Assembly: GCA_051251915.1 (NCBI GenBank)
Contig: JBPOGF010000007.1
Location: forward strand, 103,675 to 167,674
Source: Akkermansiaceae bacterium
GTDB lineage: Bacteria; Verrucomicrobiota; Verrucomicrobiia; Verrucomicrobiales; Akkermansiaceae
Length of the DNA stretch: 64,000 nt
Reading direction: 5' to 3'
This document shows, in pieces, positions 1 to 11,440 of this stretch. Numbering within the stretch: the first letter of the stretch is position 1; each line of letters begins with the position of its first letter. The notes beneath the pieces were generated by a model, which was not told the origin of the DNA, did not search any database, and saw nothing but the letters and a program-made list of their open reading frames with translations. A program made the position numbers and the translations under genes.

Positions 1-1476
<1,476 letters not shown>

Positions 1477-1485
1477 TTATTTGTA

Positions 1486-1770
1486 TTATCCTACGATTCC
1501 GAGGATGTCTGATTCTGACATGATGAGGTGCTCATCACCGTTTACTGAGACGTCTGTGCCGCCGTATTTGGCGATGAGGACTTTGTCGTTTACTTTTACT
1601 GAGAATTCGAAATCGCTTCCGTCTTCGTTCTTTCCGCCAGTTCCGAGAGCAACAACGATTGCTTCGTGTGGTTTCTCTTGAGCTGAGTCAGGGAGAACGA
1701 TTCCGCCTGCACTTACTTCTTCTGCTTGTGTTCTTTTGAGAAGAACTCTTTGTCCTAGTGGTGTTATCAT
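1486..1770 (-). CDS. groES: Co-chaperonin GroES
   Basis: PLGQRVLL...SAGGIVLPDSAQEKP...KYGGTDV...SESDILG; lies directly upstream of groEL. Confidence 0.97.
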   Translation of the reverse strand: MITPLGQRVLLKRTQAEEVSAGGIVLPDSAQEKPHEAIVVALGTGGKNEDGSDFEFSVKVNDKVLIAKYGGTDVSVNGDEHLIMSESDILGIVG

Positions 1771-1796
1771 AATTTGGTTAGTTGGTTTGTTATTGG

Positions 1797-1843
1797 TTTA
1801 AAAAGATCCGCCTTATCCGACCGAGCGGTCAGGTAAGACGGAT
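1797..1843 (-). terminator. Hairpin plus U-run between dnaK and groES
   Basis: The minus-strand RNA AUCCGUCUUACCUGACC-GCUC-GGUCGGAUAAGGCGGAU pairs with G-U pairs and one mismatch, and is followed by CUUUUU. Confidence 0.6.
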
Positions 1844-1856
1844 GAATGAGTTGTTA

Positions 1857-3800
1857 TTATTTGTCGTCTTCGACTACTTCTGCGTCTACGACTTTGCCTT
1901 TGGCTTGTTTTGGCTCTTTAGGTGCTTCGTCAGCTTCTGGTGCTCCGCCCATTCCGCCCATGTCTGGCATTGGGCCGCCTGCTCCGCCTGCGCCTGCTGC
2001 TGCAGCGGCTTGTTGGAACTGTTCGAGCATTGCTTCTAGGTCTGTTTTGGCTGCTTTGATTTTGTCTAGGTCGTCCTCTTTGAGGGCTTCTTTGACGGCG
2101 TCGATCTTGCCTTGCATTTCTAGCTTGAGGTCTTCTGGAGCTTGGTCTCCCATTTCTTCCATTTGTTTCTCTAGCTGGTTGACCATGCTTTCAGCTTCGT
2201 TTTTGGTAGTGACTGCTTCTGCGCGTTTTGCATCTTCTTCTGCATGCTCTTCAGCATCGCGTTTTGCCTTTTCTACTTCTTCGTCTGAGAGACCGCTTGA
2301 GCCTTCGATGGAGATCTTCTGTTCTTTGCCGGACTTCTTGTCCTTGGCTGAGACGTGGAGGATTCCGTTGGCATCGATGTCGAATGTGACTTCGATCTGT
2401 GGTTCTCCGCGGCGAGCTGGCTCGATGCCGTCTAGGCGGAAGTTTCCGAGGATCTTGTTGTCTTCGAACATTTTGCGCTCACCTTGACAGATGCGGATGT
2501 CCACAGCTGGTTGGTTGTCTGCAGCTGTTGAGAATGTCTGTGACTTCTTGGCTGGGATGGTGGTGTTACGCTCGATCATTGCTGTGGCTACGCTGCCCAT
2601 GGTCTCGATGGAGAGTGAGAGTGGAGCTACGTCTAGGAGGAGGACGTCTGTGACGTCACCTGCTAGGACTCCGCCTTGGATGCCTGCGCCGATAGCGACA
2701 ACTTCGTCTGGGTTTACACCTTGGTTTGGTGTTTTACCTGCGAGTTCTTTTGCTGTCTCGACGACTTTTGGCATACGTGTCATTCCACCTACGAGGACTA
2801 GCTCATCGATCTCTGATGCGCTTACGCCTGCTTCTCTGAGGCAGTCGATAACTGGCTGCTTGGTGCGGGCGAAGAGTTTGTCAGTAAGTTGCTCAAGCTT
2901 GGATCTTGTTAGAGTGATCTGGATGTGCTTTGGTCCAGTCTCATTCATGGTGATGAATGGGAGTGAGATGTCGTATGATTGAGAAGATGAGAGGGCGATT
3001 TTTGCTTTCTCTGCTTCTTCTTTGATACGCTGGAGGGCGTCAGCTTGCTTGCTGAGGTCCATGTCTTCTTGTGACTTGAATTCAGCGACGATGAAGTCGA
3101 TGAGTGCGTTGTCCCAGTCGTCACCACCGAGTTGGGTGTCACCGTCTGTGGCGAGTACTTCGAATACTCCGTCACCGATTTCTAGGACTGAGATGTCGAA
3201 TGTTCCACCGCCGAGATCGTAAACAGCGATTTTTTCGTCTGACTTCTTATCGAGTCCGTATGCGAGTGCTGCTGCAGTAGGCTCGTTGATGATGCGGCGA
3301 ACTTTAAGTCCGGCGATTTCACCAGCGGCTTTAGTTGCGTTACGCTGTGAGTCATTGAAGTAAGCTGGTACTGTGATGACTGCTTCTGAGATGGTTTCTC
3401 CGAGCTTGGTCTCAGCGTCTGCTTTAAGCTTACCGAGGACCATGGCGGCGATTTCTTGTGGTGAGTAAACTTTTTTCTCACCAGCAACGTCTACTTGGAT
3501 GTGAGCGTCACCGTTGTCTGCTTTTACGATTTCGTATGGGAGACGTTTGTCTTCAGCTGTGAGTTCATCGAACTTGCGACCGATGAGACGTTTTGCTGAG
3601 AAGATGGTGTTGGTTGGGTTAGTGACAGCCTGGCGTTTTGCAGATTGTCCAACGAGGCGTTCGCCTGATTTGGTGAATGCTACTACGGATGGTGTGGTGC
3701 GTGCGCCTTCTGAGTTTTCGAGAACTGTTGCTTCACCGCCGTCCATGACAGCCATGCATGAGTTTGTGGTTCCTAAGTCGATTCCTAATATTTTAGCCAT
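1857..3800 (-). CDS. dnaK: Chaperone DnaK (Hsp70)
   Basis: [26 protein letters not shown] and NPDEVVA motifs; C-terminal DAEVVE. Confidence 0.99.
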   Translation of the reverse strand: MAKILGIDLGTTNSCMAVMDGGEATVLENSEGARTTPSVVAFTKSGERLVGQSAKRQAVTNPTNTIFSAKRLIGRKFDELTAEDKRLPYEIVKADNGDAHIQVDVAGEKKVYSPQEIAAMVLGKLKADAETKLGETISEAVITVPAYFNDSQRNATKAAGEIAGLKVRRIINEPTAAALAYGLDKKSDEKIAVYDLGGGTFDISVLEIGDGVFEVLATDGDTQLGGDDWDNALIDFIVAEFKSQEDMDLSKQADALQRIKEEAEKAKIALSSSQSYDISLPFITMNETGPKHIQITLTRSKLEQLTDKLFARTKQPVIDCLREAGVSASEIDELVLVGGMTRMPKVVETAKELAGKTPNQGVNPDEVVAIGAGIQGGVLAGDVTDVLLLDVAPLSLSIETMGSVATAMIERNTTIPAKKSQTFSTAADNQPAVDIRICQGERKMFEDNKILGNFRLDGIEPARRGEPQIEVTFDIDANGILHVSAKDKKSGKEQKISIEGSSGLSDEEVEKAKRDAEEHAEEDAKRAEAVTTKNEAESMVNQLEKQMEEMGDQAPEDLKLEMQGKIDAVKEALKEDDLDKIKAAKTDLEAMLEQFQQAAAAAGAGGAGGPMPDMGGMGGAPEADEAPKEPKQAKGKVVDAEVVEDDK

Positions 3801-3858
3801 AATTTTTTAATGTGTTGTTTCTTTGTTTGTGATTGAATTGTTATCTATAGTGCTTCTA

Positions 3859-3876
3859 TTGCAGACGGTGTGCCAA
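3859..3876 (-). promoter_or_regulatory. Sigma54 (-24/-12) promoter of dnaK-groES-groEL
   Basis: Minus strand reads TTGGCACACCGTCTGCAA, an exact GG-N10-GC spacing with TGGCAC, about 60 bp before the dnaK start. Confidence 0.75.
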
Positions 3877-3941
3877 GGTTGTGTTTGTGCTTATAGTGAG
3901 TGACTTATGGTTTTCGTTTTGCGTGGGTTGGCTGAGTGAGG

Positions 3942-3975
3942 GACAAAGTGTCGCGGATGGGTGGGACATTTTGTA
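3942..3975. promoter_or_regulatory. Candidate upstream activator sites (GACA-N3-TGTC)
   Basis: GACAAAGTGTC at 3942 and GACATTTTGTA at 3965, 65-100 bp upstream of the sigma54 site. Confidence 0.45.
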
Positions 3976-4082
3976 GCAGGTGGACAGAACGGCCATGCTG
4001 GTGCTGGTGGTTGGGGATCTGTCTTAGCTCAGAGACGCAAGGGTCCTGTGAGCGGGGAGGGGAGGAGGGAGAGATTGGGAGG

Positions 4083-4973
4083 CTAGTTTGTGTGGGGAGC
4101 GTTTCCGAGCATATGAGATTTTACTGTTTCTGTGATTTCGGAGATCAGTTCTGGTTTGCTCTTGAGTGGGGTGACTAGGCTTACGATTAAATTAAAGTTA
4201 GCAAAGTTCTCGATGTCTGTGAATTCTACGATGTTGTTATACTGTTCTGCCCATTTTGAGGCAGGCCCTGGTAGGACGGCCATTACTTTAGGGCACATAG
4301 TAGAGACTATAATTTGATCGTATCTGTTTAGTTCATGTATGATTTTAGTGCTAAGTCCTGCTTCATCGGCTGATTGGCTGATGAGCATTTGGCGGATGCC
4401 TACTAATAGGGATTCAGTAGGAACCAGTAGCTCACAATGGCTATTTTTAGCCTCAAAAAGCTGGCAGTTTGGTGTCTTGGCTGAGCACATACCTTGGATC
4501 TTCATGATTTCAGTCACTTTGAAGCCAGGTTTAGCGAAATTACTACAAAAATGGAAAACTACGGTTGCGTCGTATAGACGGTTGAATGCACGTATTCTCT
4601 CAGGAGTGCGTACTATAAAACGAGGATCACTGATTAAGGCAGCTCTGAGGGAGCTGGTCCAAGGCGTGTGTGGTATGCAAATGTGGGCATGATCAGATTC
4701 TAGGCTAACTGCTATGTTGTCTGCAACGTCGGATATGTGATTGTATCCGTCTAGTAGTCTGGCGACTTGAGGGGCGAGTAATGACCCATTTTTGTTGAGT
4801 TCTATATAACCTTTACTGCGGTTAAAAAGTTCGGTATCTAGATCTTTTTCTATTTTTTGAAGCGCGGCGGTAAGGGCGGGTTGAGATACTCCTAAGTTGC
4901 TGGCTGAGACGGAGACATTGCCTGTTTTTGAAAACTGGTGAAAGTATTGAAGCTGTTTGATCGTTAGATTCAT
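4083..4973 (-). CDS. LysR-type transcriptional regulator, divergent effector domain
   Basis: N-terminal HTH: IKQLQYF...GNVSVSASNLGVSQPALTAALQKIEKDLDTELFNRS. Confidence 0.8.
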   Translation of the reverse strand: MNLTIKQLQYFHQFSKTGNVSVSASNLGVSQPALTAALQKIEKDLDTELFNRSKGYIELNKNGSLLAPQVARLLDGYNHISDVADNIAVSLESDHAHICIPHTPWTSSLRAALISDPRFIVRTPERIRAFNRLYDATVVFHFCSNFAKPGFKVTEIMKIQGMCSAKTPNCQLFEAKNSHCELLVPTESLLVGIRQMLISQSADEAGLSTKIIHELNRYDQIIVSTMCPKVMAVLPGPASKWAEQYNNIVEFTDIENFANFNLIVSLVTPLKSKPELISEITETVKSHMLGNAPHTN

Positions 4974-5962
4974 ACGTTAGGTTCAGTGCTAGGATTTGAG
5001 TCTTGATTTATATTCTTGGTTGTTTTTGAGGCTACTTGAGGAGAGAAATCGAAATCGTTATAGATGCTAGTAATTAGGTAGATAGAGATATTAATTTCCT
5101 TTTCGAAGGGGGTAGCCGTGATTTCTGGAGGTATGATTTTAGGGTTTAAAAGAAGTGATGGGTATATTCCTTTTCCTGCTCTAACTAGCTGAAGAGCCTC
5201 GCATGTGTTAGCTACTTCTATGTAGTTAATTTTTTGTTCTGGGAACAAAGCTAGCTCGGATAATGTCTGTATTGAAGCGGGGTCTGCGGGGATAGGGGAC
5301 TGCAAGATCACATTGACGTGTGAGTCTGTAGGTGACCATGGTTGATCTTTGAGATGGTAGTAAAGTAATGGTTCTTTGTAGAGTAATTGATGGTTAAATT
5401 CTTCATTATCGATTTGCTGAGGGCTAATAAGTCCGTCGATTTCTTTTTTTATTAAGCTATCGAGGCTGGAGCCTGCGTGACAGTTGAAATCAAACTCAGC
5501 ATGTCTATCGGCTAAATATTGCCAGAGAGTCTGAGTGAATGCGATGCATGGGATAATCCCAACTTCTAGATTATTATTAACACTTTGAATGTTATTCATG
5601 CACTCACTGAGTCTGCTTAAGGAGCGGTGGAATTCCCCAAATGACTGGAGCCAAGACTTTGCTTTTGAGGTGAGCATTAATGATTCCCCTGGGAGTTTTT
5701 CTACAAGTATGAAGCCTACAGATTTATTTAGGTTACTTATAGTGCGGCGGAGGTGAGATTCACTGATGCCTATATGGAACGCTGCTTCAGTATAAGTTTC
5801 AGCGTTGGCTAGTTCAAGTAATCTGCTTAAGTCGCTAATTTCTATGTGTTGTTTTAGTTTGTTTTGGACAGATGCTGTAGGTGACTTGTTGTGGCTGCCA
5901 AGCATCGAATCTAGAATGTGATTTGATGGTGGAGGAGTAGGTGAAATCGGTGATTGATCCAT
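4970..5962 (-). CDS. Divergent LysR-like regulator with N-terminal extension
   Basis: TYTEAAFHIGISESHLRRTISNLNKSVGFILVEK...LTSKA is a LysR-like HTH; the C-terminus has ALQLVRAGKGI. Overlaps the next gene by 4 bp. Confidence 0.7.
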   Translation of the reverse strand: MDQSPISPTPPPSNHILDSMLGSHNKSPTASVQNKLKQHIEISDLSRLLELANAETYTEAAFHIGISESHLRRTISNLNKSVGFILVEKLPGESLMLTSKAKSWLQSFGEFHRSLSRLSECMNNIQSVNNNLEVGIIPCIAFTQTLWQYLADRHAEFDFNCHAGSSLDSLIKKEIDGLISPQQIDNEEFNHQLLYKEPLLYYHLKDQPWSPTDSHVNVILQSPIPADPASIQTLSELALFPEQKINYIEVANTCEALQLVRAGKGIYPSLLLNPKIIPPEITATPFEKEINISIYLITSIYNDFDFSPQVASKTTKNINQDSNPSTEPNV

Positions 5963-6525
5963 GCTTAGAAGATATTTTGTAGTATATTTTTTGTAGAGTT
6001 AGTTATTTTTATCTGTTGTGAGGCGGTGCTTATTGATCTGATGAATTTTAATGGATATTAACATTAGATAGCCTTGGTTCAATTTATTTCTGGTTAATAA
6101 TGCCATTTGGTGTGCTGTGGTTATGACACCATAAGTGGTGAGCGTGTCTACTGTGTTATGGTTGGATAATTTGGGTGTGTGTTGTTGATGTTTTTGTATT
6201 ATCAATACAATGCTTAGCGCTGTGTATTATTTATAAATAATTAACGCTTAGGTCTTTCATTTATAATTTATTATAATTTAATATTTGATGATGTTGATAA
6301 TGTTGAAATGGTAAACGCTGTAGTTATTATGATATAATTTTTGAGTCGTTTCTAAGTGTTATAGTTGGATAAGTGATATGTAGTTTGTTAATGTTTTTAA
6401 GTTATTAGTATAATGTGTGGTTATTAGAATGGATGCGTTAGTTAGTTTTAGTTTATGATGTTTATTGATGTGGAGGATATTCAGATAGATTCCTTCTCTA
6501 AATCGTAAACCATTAAATTAATAAA

Positions 6526-7272
6526 ATGAAAATGAAAACTATGTGTGTGTCGTTGGCTTCTGCAGCTATGTTTGTTTCACAAGCATCTGCTCAGGTTGTG
6601 ATTGAGAATGTGTTTGACTATACTGGAGGAGGTTCTGCGCCTGATGCGGTGGAAGCATCAGCTGTAGTTGGACTCGCTGTTACAGAAACAGGGAATCTAG
6701 GAGACGGATGGGATACAACGGTCAGCATCCCTATTACTGTAAACTACTCACTTAGTGCCGATATGCCGGGCTCAGGTACTTACACTATTGAAGGTGATGT
6801 AAGAGCTCTAGGTACTGCTGTTGCTGGGTCCGTTACAAGCACTAGAGTATTTGATGATGTGCAGTTGGCGGCAGGTAGAGTTTATGAATTAACTCTAGGA
6901 GTTGGAAACTCAGCGTTCGTCAGTTTGCTCGGTAGTACTAGTATCAGCTTAGGGGTTAGAGACGGTGTTTCTGGTATTGTTAGTGATCTCGGTATTGTCA
7001 CTGATGGCCATGGTCTACTAGGTGCTGTTGATTTACTCGGCTTGTTTGGGACTGGTGATTCTACTACTACAGTGAACTTTGATGGCGTTGCTTTTGATAC
7101 TGGTGATGACTTGGTTGTCACACTTCAGACAGGTACGCTGGCTAGTGTGAACGATTTTGTAGTGAGCTTCAATGAGTTATCTATCGTTGATGTAACGCCG
7201 GTTCCGGAGCCTTCATCAGTAGCTCTATTGGGGCTTGGTGGAATAGCTTTGATCTTACGTCGTCGTAAGTAA
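6526..7272 (+). CDS. PEP-CTERM sorting-domain exported protein
   Basis: Signal peptide ending ASA-Q; C-terminal VPEPSSVALLGLGGIALILRRRK. Confidence 0.95.
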   Translation: MKMKTMCVSLASAAMFVSQASAQVVIENVFDYTGGGSAPDAVEASAVVGLAVTETGNLGDGWDTTVSIPITVNYSLSADMPGSGTYTIEGDVRALGTAVAGSVTSTRVFDDVQLAAGRVYELTLGVGNSAFVSLLGSTSISLGVRDGVSGIVSDLGIVTDGHGLLGAVDLLGLFGTGDSTTTVNFDGVAFDTGDDLVVTLQTGTLASVNDFVVSFNELSIVDVTPVPEPSSVALLGLGGIALILRRRK

Positions 7273-7312
7273 GCAACTTATTTGTAAGTAAAGAGAGATA
7301 GTATTGTTCGTA

Positions 7313-7345
7313 GAGGCTACAGTGAAAACTGTAGCCTCGTTCGTT
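7313..7345 (+). terminator. Intrinsic terminator after the PEP-CTERM gene
   Basis: Perfect stem GAGGCTACAGT-GAAA-ACTGTAGCCTC followed by a T-rich tail. Confidence 0.8.
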
Positions 7346-7427
7346 TATTGTAAGGGAGCTGTGGGATATAAGCTGTGGGGTTATAGTCTAGGCTTGATCA
7401 TTGTGTTTTTTTGGAGAGAGTGTGGGG

Positions 7428-8126
7428 ATGAAACCTTATGAAGATCTCGGTGAGTCTAGAATAGATAGTGGGACGTTGTTTTCGCTTCATAAACGTGATG
7501 GGGAATTCTTTCTGAAGTATAATGGGAATGACTTGATGAGTACGGCTTATACTTTTTCTGAGGAGATGCTGGCGGATGTGGGGTGTAAGACTATATTGGT
7601 GGATAAGGCTACGCGGCCGGCTCATCCGAAGGTGTTGATAGGTGGGTTGGGGCTTGGGTTTACTTTGAAGCGCACTTTGCAGCTGGTGGGGAAGCCTGCT
7701 ACGGTGGAGGTGGCTGAGCTGATGCCGCCATTGATAGAGTGGAATAGGACGTTTTTGGTGGAGTGTAATGGTGCGCTGTTAGATGATCCGAGGACGGTGA
7801 TTACGCAGGGGGATTTGTTTGATATTATTTGTAGTAAGCAGAGTGGGAGTTATGATGTGTTGTTGTTGGATATTGATAATACTCCGGATGATTTGATCAC
7901 GGGTGGGAATAATCGGTTGTATACGCCGGAGTTCCTGAAGAAGATTCAGCAGATTTTGAGACCTGGGGGTAAGGTTTCCTATTGGTTGTCTGAGCCTGCT
8001 CCGAAGTTTAAGAAGTTGTTAGAGAAGGTGGGGTTTGAGGTGGTGGCGCATGCGGCGAAGGCACATGAGAGGTCGAAGCGGGCGCGGCACTGCATTTATG
8101 TATGTAGTGTGAAGGCACGTAAATGA
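7428..8126 (+). CDS. Spermidine-synthase-like SAM-dependent methyltransferase
   Basis: VLIGGLGLGFT motif I, VEVAEL, and YDVLLLDIDN; ATG at 7428 preferred over the TTG at 7401. Confidence 0.8.
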   Translation: MKPYEDLGESRIDSGTLFSLHKRDGEFFLKYNGNDLMSTAYTFSEEMLADVGCKTILVDKATRPAHPKVLIGGLGLGFTLKRTLQLVGKPATVEVAELMPPLIEWNRTFLVECNGALLDDPRTVITQGDLFDIICSKQSGSYDVLLLDIDNTPDDLITGGNNRLYTPEFLKKIQQILRPGGKVSYWLSEPAPKFKKLLEKVGFEVVAHAAKAHERSKRARHCIYVCSVKARK

Positions 8127-8174
8127 GATGATTTTTCTCTTGGTGAGGTGAGGTTTAGGGATTTAACTCTCGGT

Positions 8175-8969
8175 ATGAATAAACTGAGATTAGGTCTGTT
8201 AGTTACGGTTAGTTTGGTTAGTGGGTTTGGACTTCAAGGGTGTGCTGATGGTGGTGCGACTGGGGTGCCTGCGGTGAGCCGTTCTACAAAGGTAGCGGAC
8301 ATGCCGGTGGCGTATGATGATCCGGGGATTTTTAAGAAATATGATTCGCTGGGGGATAGTGTGATGAATACTACGTGGACGCGGAAGTTTGATGCGTCTG
8401 GGATTTCATTTAATGATAAGCGGACTTGTACGTTGGTGACGCAGCAGCATGTGGTGATGGCGTCTCATTATAAGCGGCCGGTTCCTAGTTCGGTGGTGTT
8501 TCATGATAGGAATGGTAAGCGCATAGAACGTGTGCTGGTGTCTGCTAGGAATGTGCATGGTGACTGTGCTGTGGGTTTGCTGAATGAGCCGGTGCCTGCT
8601 GGGTATAAGGTTTATCCATTACTTGCTCCTGCGGAGGGGCTGGAGGAGAGGTTAAAGGGGGAGTTTGTGTTGGTTACGGATCAGAATAAGAGGGTGTTTG
8701 TGCATGAGGTGGCTAGGATTGTAAGTGACAAAATGTTTCTGCGTTATGATCCTGAGAAGAAGTTGGGGTATGGTAAGATGTTAGTGTCGGGTGATAGTGG
8801 GAATCCGTCATTTATCATGGTGAATGGTGAGCCTGTGTTGGTTGAGACGCATCTTTCTGGTGGTGCTGGTGCTGGGCCATTTTATGGTAGTGCGGTGTTG
8901 ATAGAGAAGCTGAAGGCAACGATCTCAGCACTGGGTGGTGCTGGATCGGTTAGGGTGGTGAGGTTTTAG
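8175..8969 (+). CDS. Trypsin-like serine-protease lipoprotein
   Basis: Lipobox LQGC; triad-like motifs ASHY, GDCAVGLL and GDSGNP. Confidence 0.65.
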   Translation: MNKLRLGLLVTVSLVSGFGLQGCADGGATGVPAVSRSTKVADMPVAYDDPGIFKKYDSLGDSVMNTTWTRKFDASGISFNDKRTCTLVTQQHVVMASHYKRPVPSSVVFHDRNGKRIERVLVSARNVHGDCAVGLLNEPVPAGYKVYPLLAPAEGLEERLKGEFVLVTDQNKRVFVHEVARIVSDKMFLRYDPEKKLGYGKMLVSGDSGNPSFIMVNGEPVLVETHLSGGAGAGPFYGSAVLIEKLKATISALGGAGSVRVVRF

Positions 8970-9108
8970 CTGGTTTTTTAGGGTATGCGAGCCAGGGTTG
9001 TTCAATCGTTTTGTGTGCATGGGGCACGTCAGAGGTCATTGGTTGATTGGTCATTGGTGTTTGGGTTGATGGTGTTTGGGTTGATGGGGGATGAGCTTCT
9101 GTGTGGTG

Positions 9109-9645
9109 TTATTTTTTGGTTGCGATTTTTGGTAAGAGTTTGAGGTAGTTGTGCTCGGACTTTTCTACCCATTTGTCATTTTGTTTGATGAGGGTTTTGT
9201 TAGATTCTGTTAGGTGTTTGATGTTGAGGTAAATGGTGGCATCTTCTGAGGGGTTTAGTTTTTGTTGCTCGGTAGAGACTTTTAGGGATTCCTCTTTTGT
9301 TAGGAATTGTTTTCTTTTTGGTTGATGGACTAGGATGTTGAAAAACCTGGCGTTTTCTTTGTCTGATTTAGTCTGGCTGGAGTGAGTTTCTACTAGGTGG
9401 TAGACATTGGGTGGTCTTGGTCCCACTCTTGAGAATCTGTTAGAGCGCTGGGACTGTTGTCTGAGTGGCTCTAGGATTTCGTGGGTTATGGTTGTGATGG
9501 CTTGGTCTTCTGTTAGTTTTTCTTTGGTGGGAGTTTTTGTGTTGGTTATTGGTGAGTCAGACTTTGCGATGATGAGTTCGTGACAGAGGGCTCCTGTGGC
9601 TAGGAGTATGCTGGTGCAGGCTATGGTTGGTATTATTTTTTTCAT
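9109..9645 (-). CDS. Hypothetical exported protein
   Basis: 178 aa ORF with an N-terminal signal-like segment; 4-bp overlap with the upstream gene. Confidence 0.65.
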   Translation of the reverse strand: MKKIIPTIACTSILLATGALCHELIIAKSDSPITNTKTPTKEKLTEDQAITTITHEILEPLRQQSQRSNRFSRVGPRPPNVYHLVETHSSQTKSDKENARFFNILVHQPKRKQFLTKEESLKVSTEQQKLNPSEDATIYLNIKHLTESNKTLIKQNDKWVEKSEHNYLKLLPKIATKK

Positions 9646-10334
9646 GTTATGTGGTTTGGTTGTTTAGTTTGTGGTTTGTTTTTAGGTTTAGTTGATTTGT
9701 AGAGGTAGTATTCTGCTAAGATAAGGTTGATGATGATGCTGAGCCAGAGAGAGAGTTGGTAGTTGGTTTCGGGTGTGACTTCTATCGATGCGAAGCCTAG
9801 TTGGAGGGTGCGAAAGGTGATGGCGGTGGTGACTAGGGCGAAGGATCTGGTGATCCAAGCTTGGTGGGATTTGATGTTGCGCTTGAAGATGGCGATCATG
9901 CCTAGGAGTAGGGTGATGAGGGTGGCTATGGAGAGGAAGAGGAAACCGATCATGCCAGATGTGCCGCCTTTGGCTACGGTGCTGAGAGCAACGCCTGTGG
10001 GGAAGATGAGGGTGATGATGCTGAGGGCGTAGATGTGGCCGAGGTACTTGTGGATGCGTGGTGCGCGGGTGAGGAGGAGTTTAGAATACTGGAGTAGGCT
10101 GGAGGTGAGGCAGATGAGCCCGCCGATGACGTGGGCGTAGAGGGTGTAGCGCCACCAGTCTTGGATGGTGAGTTCCATGCGCTCGAAGAGGAAGCTGTGC
10201 ATGGTGTTTGGGAGGAAGTAGTCTAGGCTATTCCATAGGATGATGCCGGTGCCTATGTAGAGGATGCTCCAGAAGAGAGAGGTCTCGATAGAGGTAAGTT
10301 TTTTGCTGTGTAAAATTTGAGGTAAATGGGACAC
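9642..10334 (-). CDS. DUF2306-like membrane protein
   Basis: About 6 TM segments with His motifs HVIGG, HKYLGHIY and HQAWITRSFA. Confidence 0.75.
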   Translation of the reverse strand: MSHLPQILHSKKLTSIETSLFWSILYIGTGIILWNSLDYFLPNTMHSFLFERMELTIQDWWRYTLYAHVIGGLICLTSSLLQYSKLLLTRAPRIHKYLGHIYALSIITLIFPTGVALSTVAKGGTSGMIGFLFLSIATLITLLLGMIAIFKRNIKSHQAWITRSFALVTTAITFRTLQLGFASIEVTPETNYQLSLWLSIIINLILAEYYLYKSTKPKNKPQTKQPNHIT

Positions 10335-10483
10335 GGTATGAAAAGATATATCACAGGATGAGAAGGTGGATTGTAAATGCTAGGTAAATAATGTGGTGAT
10401 ACGACTGTCGTTTAACAGCAACACATTTGCTCGTTTATCGGATCAACTGATTGTGATAGATGGGATAGTGGTAATCCGTAATT

Positions 10484-11425
10484 ATGAGAATGATGATGAA
10501 TGTTTTTAAACTAGGAATTTGTGTATTTGCTTCGAGCTCTTTGTTGTGGGCTACACCTGATCGTGTCGTTGAGGTGACTGAAAGGGTGATAGGGGCGAAT
10601 AGGGAACATTATGCGGTGCTACGGACTGAGGTGGATAATCATGGGAGTTATTATATTTCTCAGAAGAAGCAGTATCTGGATGTTTATGAGAAGAAAGCTG
10701 AGGATCCGAGTCCATTGGTGGGGGCGTTATTGACTAAGCTGGCAGATAGTGTGTTGCTGTTAGATGTGACTTCTACTTATGATGCTGGAATGGACTATGC
10801 TGATCCTGGAGCTCACTCGGAGAAGGTGGAGTCAAGAAATGTGAATATTTCTATGGCTGATCTTCTTTTGAGGTATCCGCATCTTCCGACTGCTTTAGAT
10901 AAAAGGGTGGAAGATGGAGTAGTGGCTAAAAGCAGGGTGGATGTGCCTGCTCTGGGTTTTATATGGGGAGGCTGGGTTAAGGAGAAATTATCACATGATA
11001 GGAATTCGAATATAAAATGGAGAAGGGATGGGATTACTCAGGATATGAATTGTTTTTACATGTCTGTCTCTTATGAGCATGAGCAACGGATTGTTTGTAT
11101 TCCTCCGAAGGTGGTGGAAATGACTTATGAAAGGTTGGATTTAGAGCCTGTTTGTATAGTTGCGGGTAAATTTGAGACGAAGGATGAGGCGTTTGAGATG
11201 GTAAAAGCTATTGGGGAGAGGGGGAAGGTTAAGGTTAATAATAAGTTCACTCCTGAGGTGTGGTACGAGCATCAGAGAACTGATAAAATACTTTATGTGG
11301 TGATGGTGAAGAACTCAGGCAGGATTTTTAAGAGGGGGAGCTTTTTGGAGTTAAAGGAGGATTTTGGTATCGATTTTTCGGTGGAGAGTAGCGGGAGGTT
11401 TCAATATAAGGTAGAAGAGGAGTGA
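10484..11425 (+). CDS. Hypothetical secreted protein
   Basis: 313 aa ORF with a signal-peptide-like N-terminus; no recognised family. Confidence 0.7.
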   Translation: MRMMMNVFKLGICVFASSSLLWATPDRVVEVTERVIGANREHYAVLRTEVDNHGSYYISQKKQYLDVYEKKAEDPSPLVGALLTKLADSVLLLDVTSTYDAGMDYADPGAHSEKVESRNVNISMADLLLRYPHLPTALDKRVEDGVVAKSRVDVPALGFIWGGWVKEKLSHDRNSNIKWRRDGITQDMNCFYMSVSYEHEQRIVCIPPKVVEMTYERLDLEPVCIVAGKFETKDEAFEMVKAIGERGKVKVNNKFTPEVWYEHQRTDKILYVVMVKNSGRIFKRGSFLELKEDFGIDFSVESSGRFQYKVEEE

Positions 11426-11440
11426 GTTTTGGATGTTGAA

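Noticed and set aside
3801..3935. CIRCE/HrcA operator upstream of the chaperone genes
   Set aside because: No TTAGCACTC-N9-GAGTGCTAA match was found; only partial TAGTGC-like words occur.
5999..6205. 68-aa ORF in the AT-rich spacer
   Set aside because: No recognisable motif or start context; more likely regulatory DNA.
10388..10465. Two possible hairpins upstream of the 10484 gene, considered as a riboswitch
   Set aside because: The stems are short or rely on G-U pairs that are common in G/T-rich DNA, and there is no known aptamer consensus.
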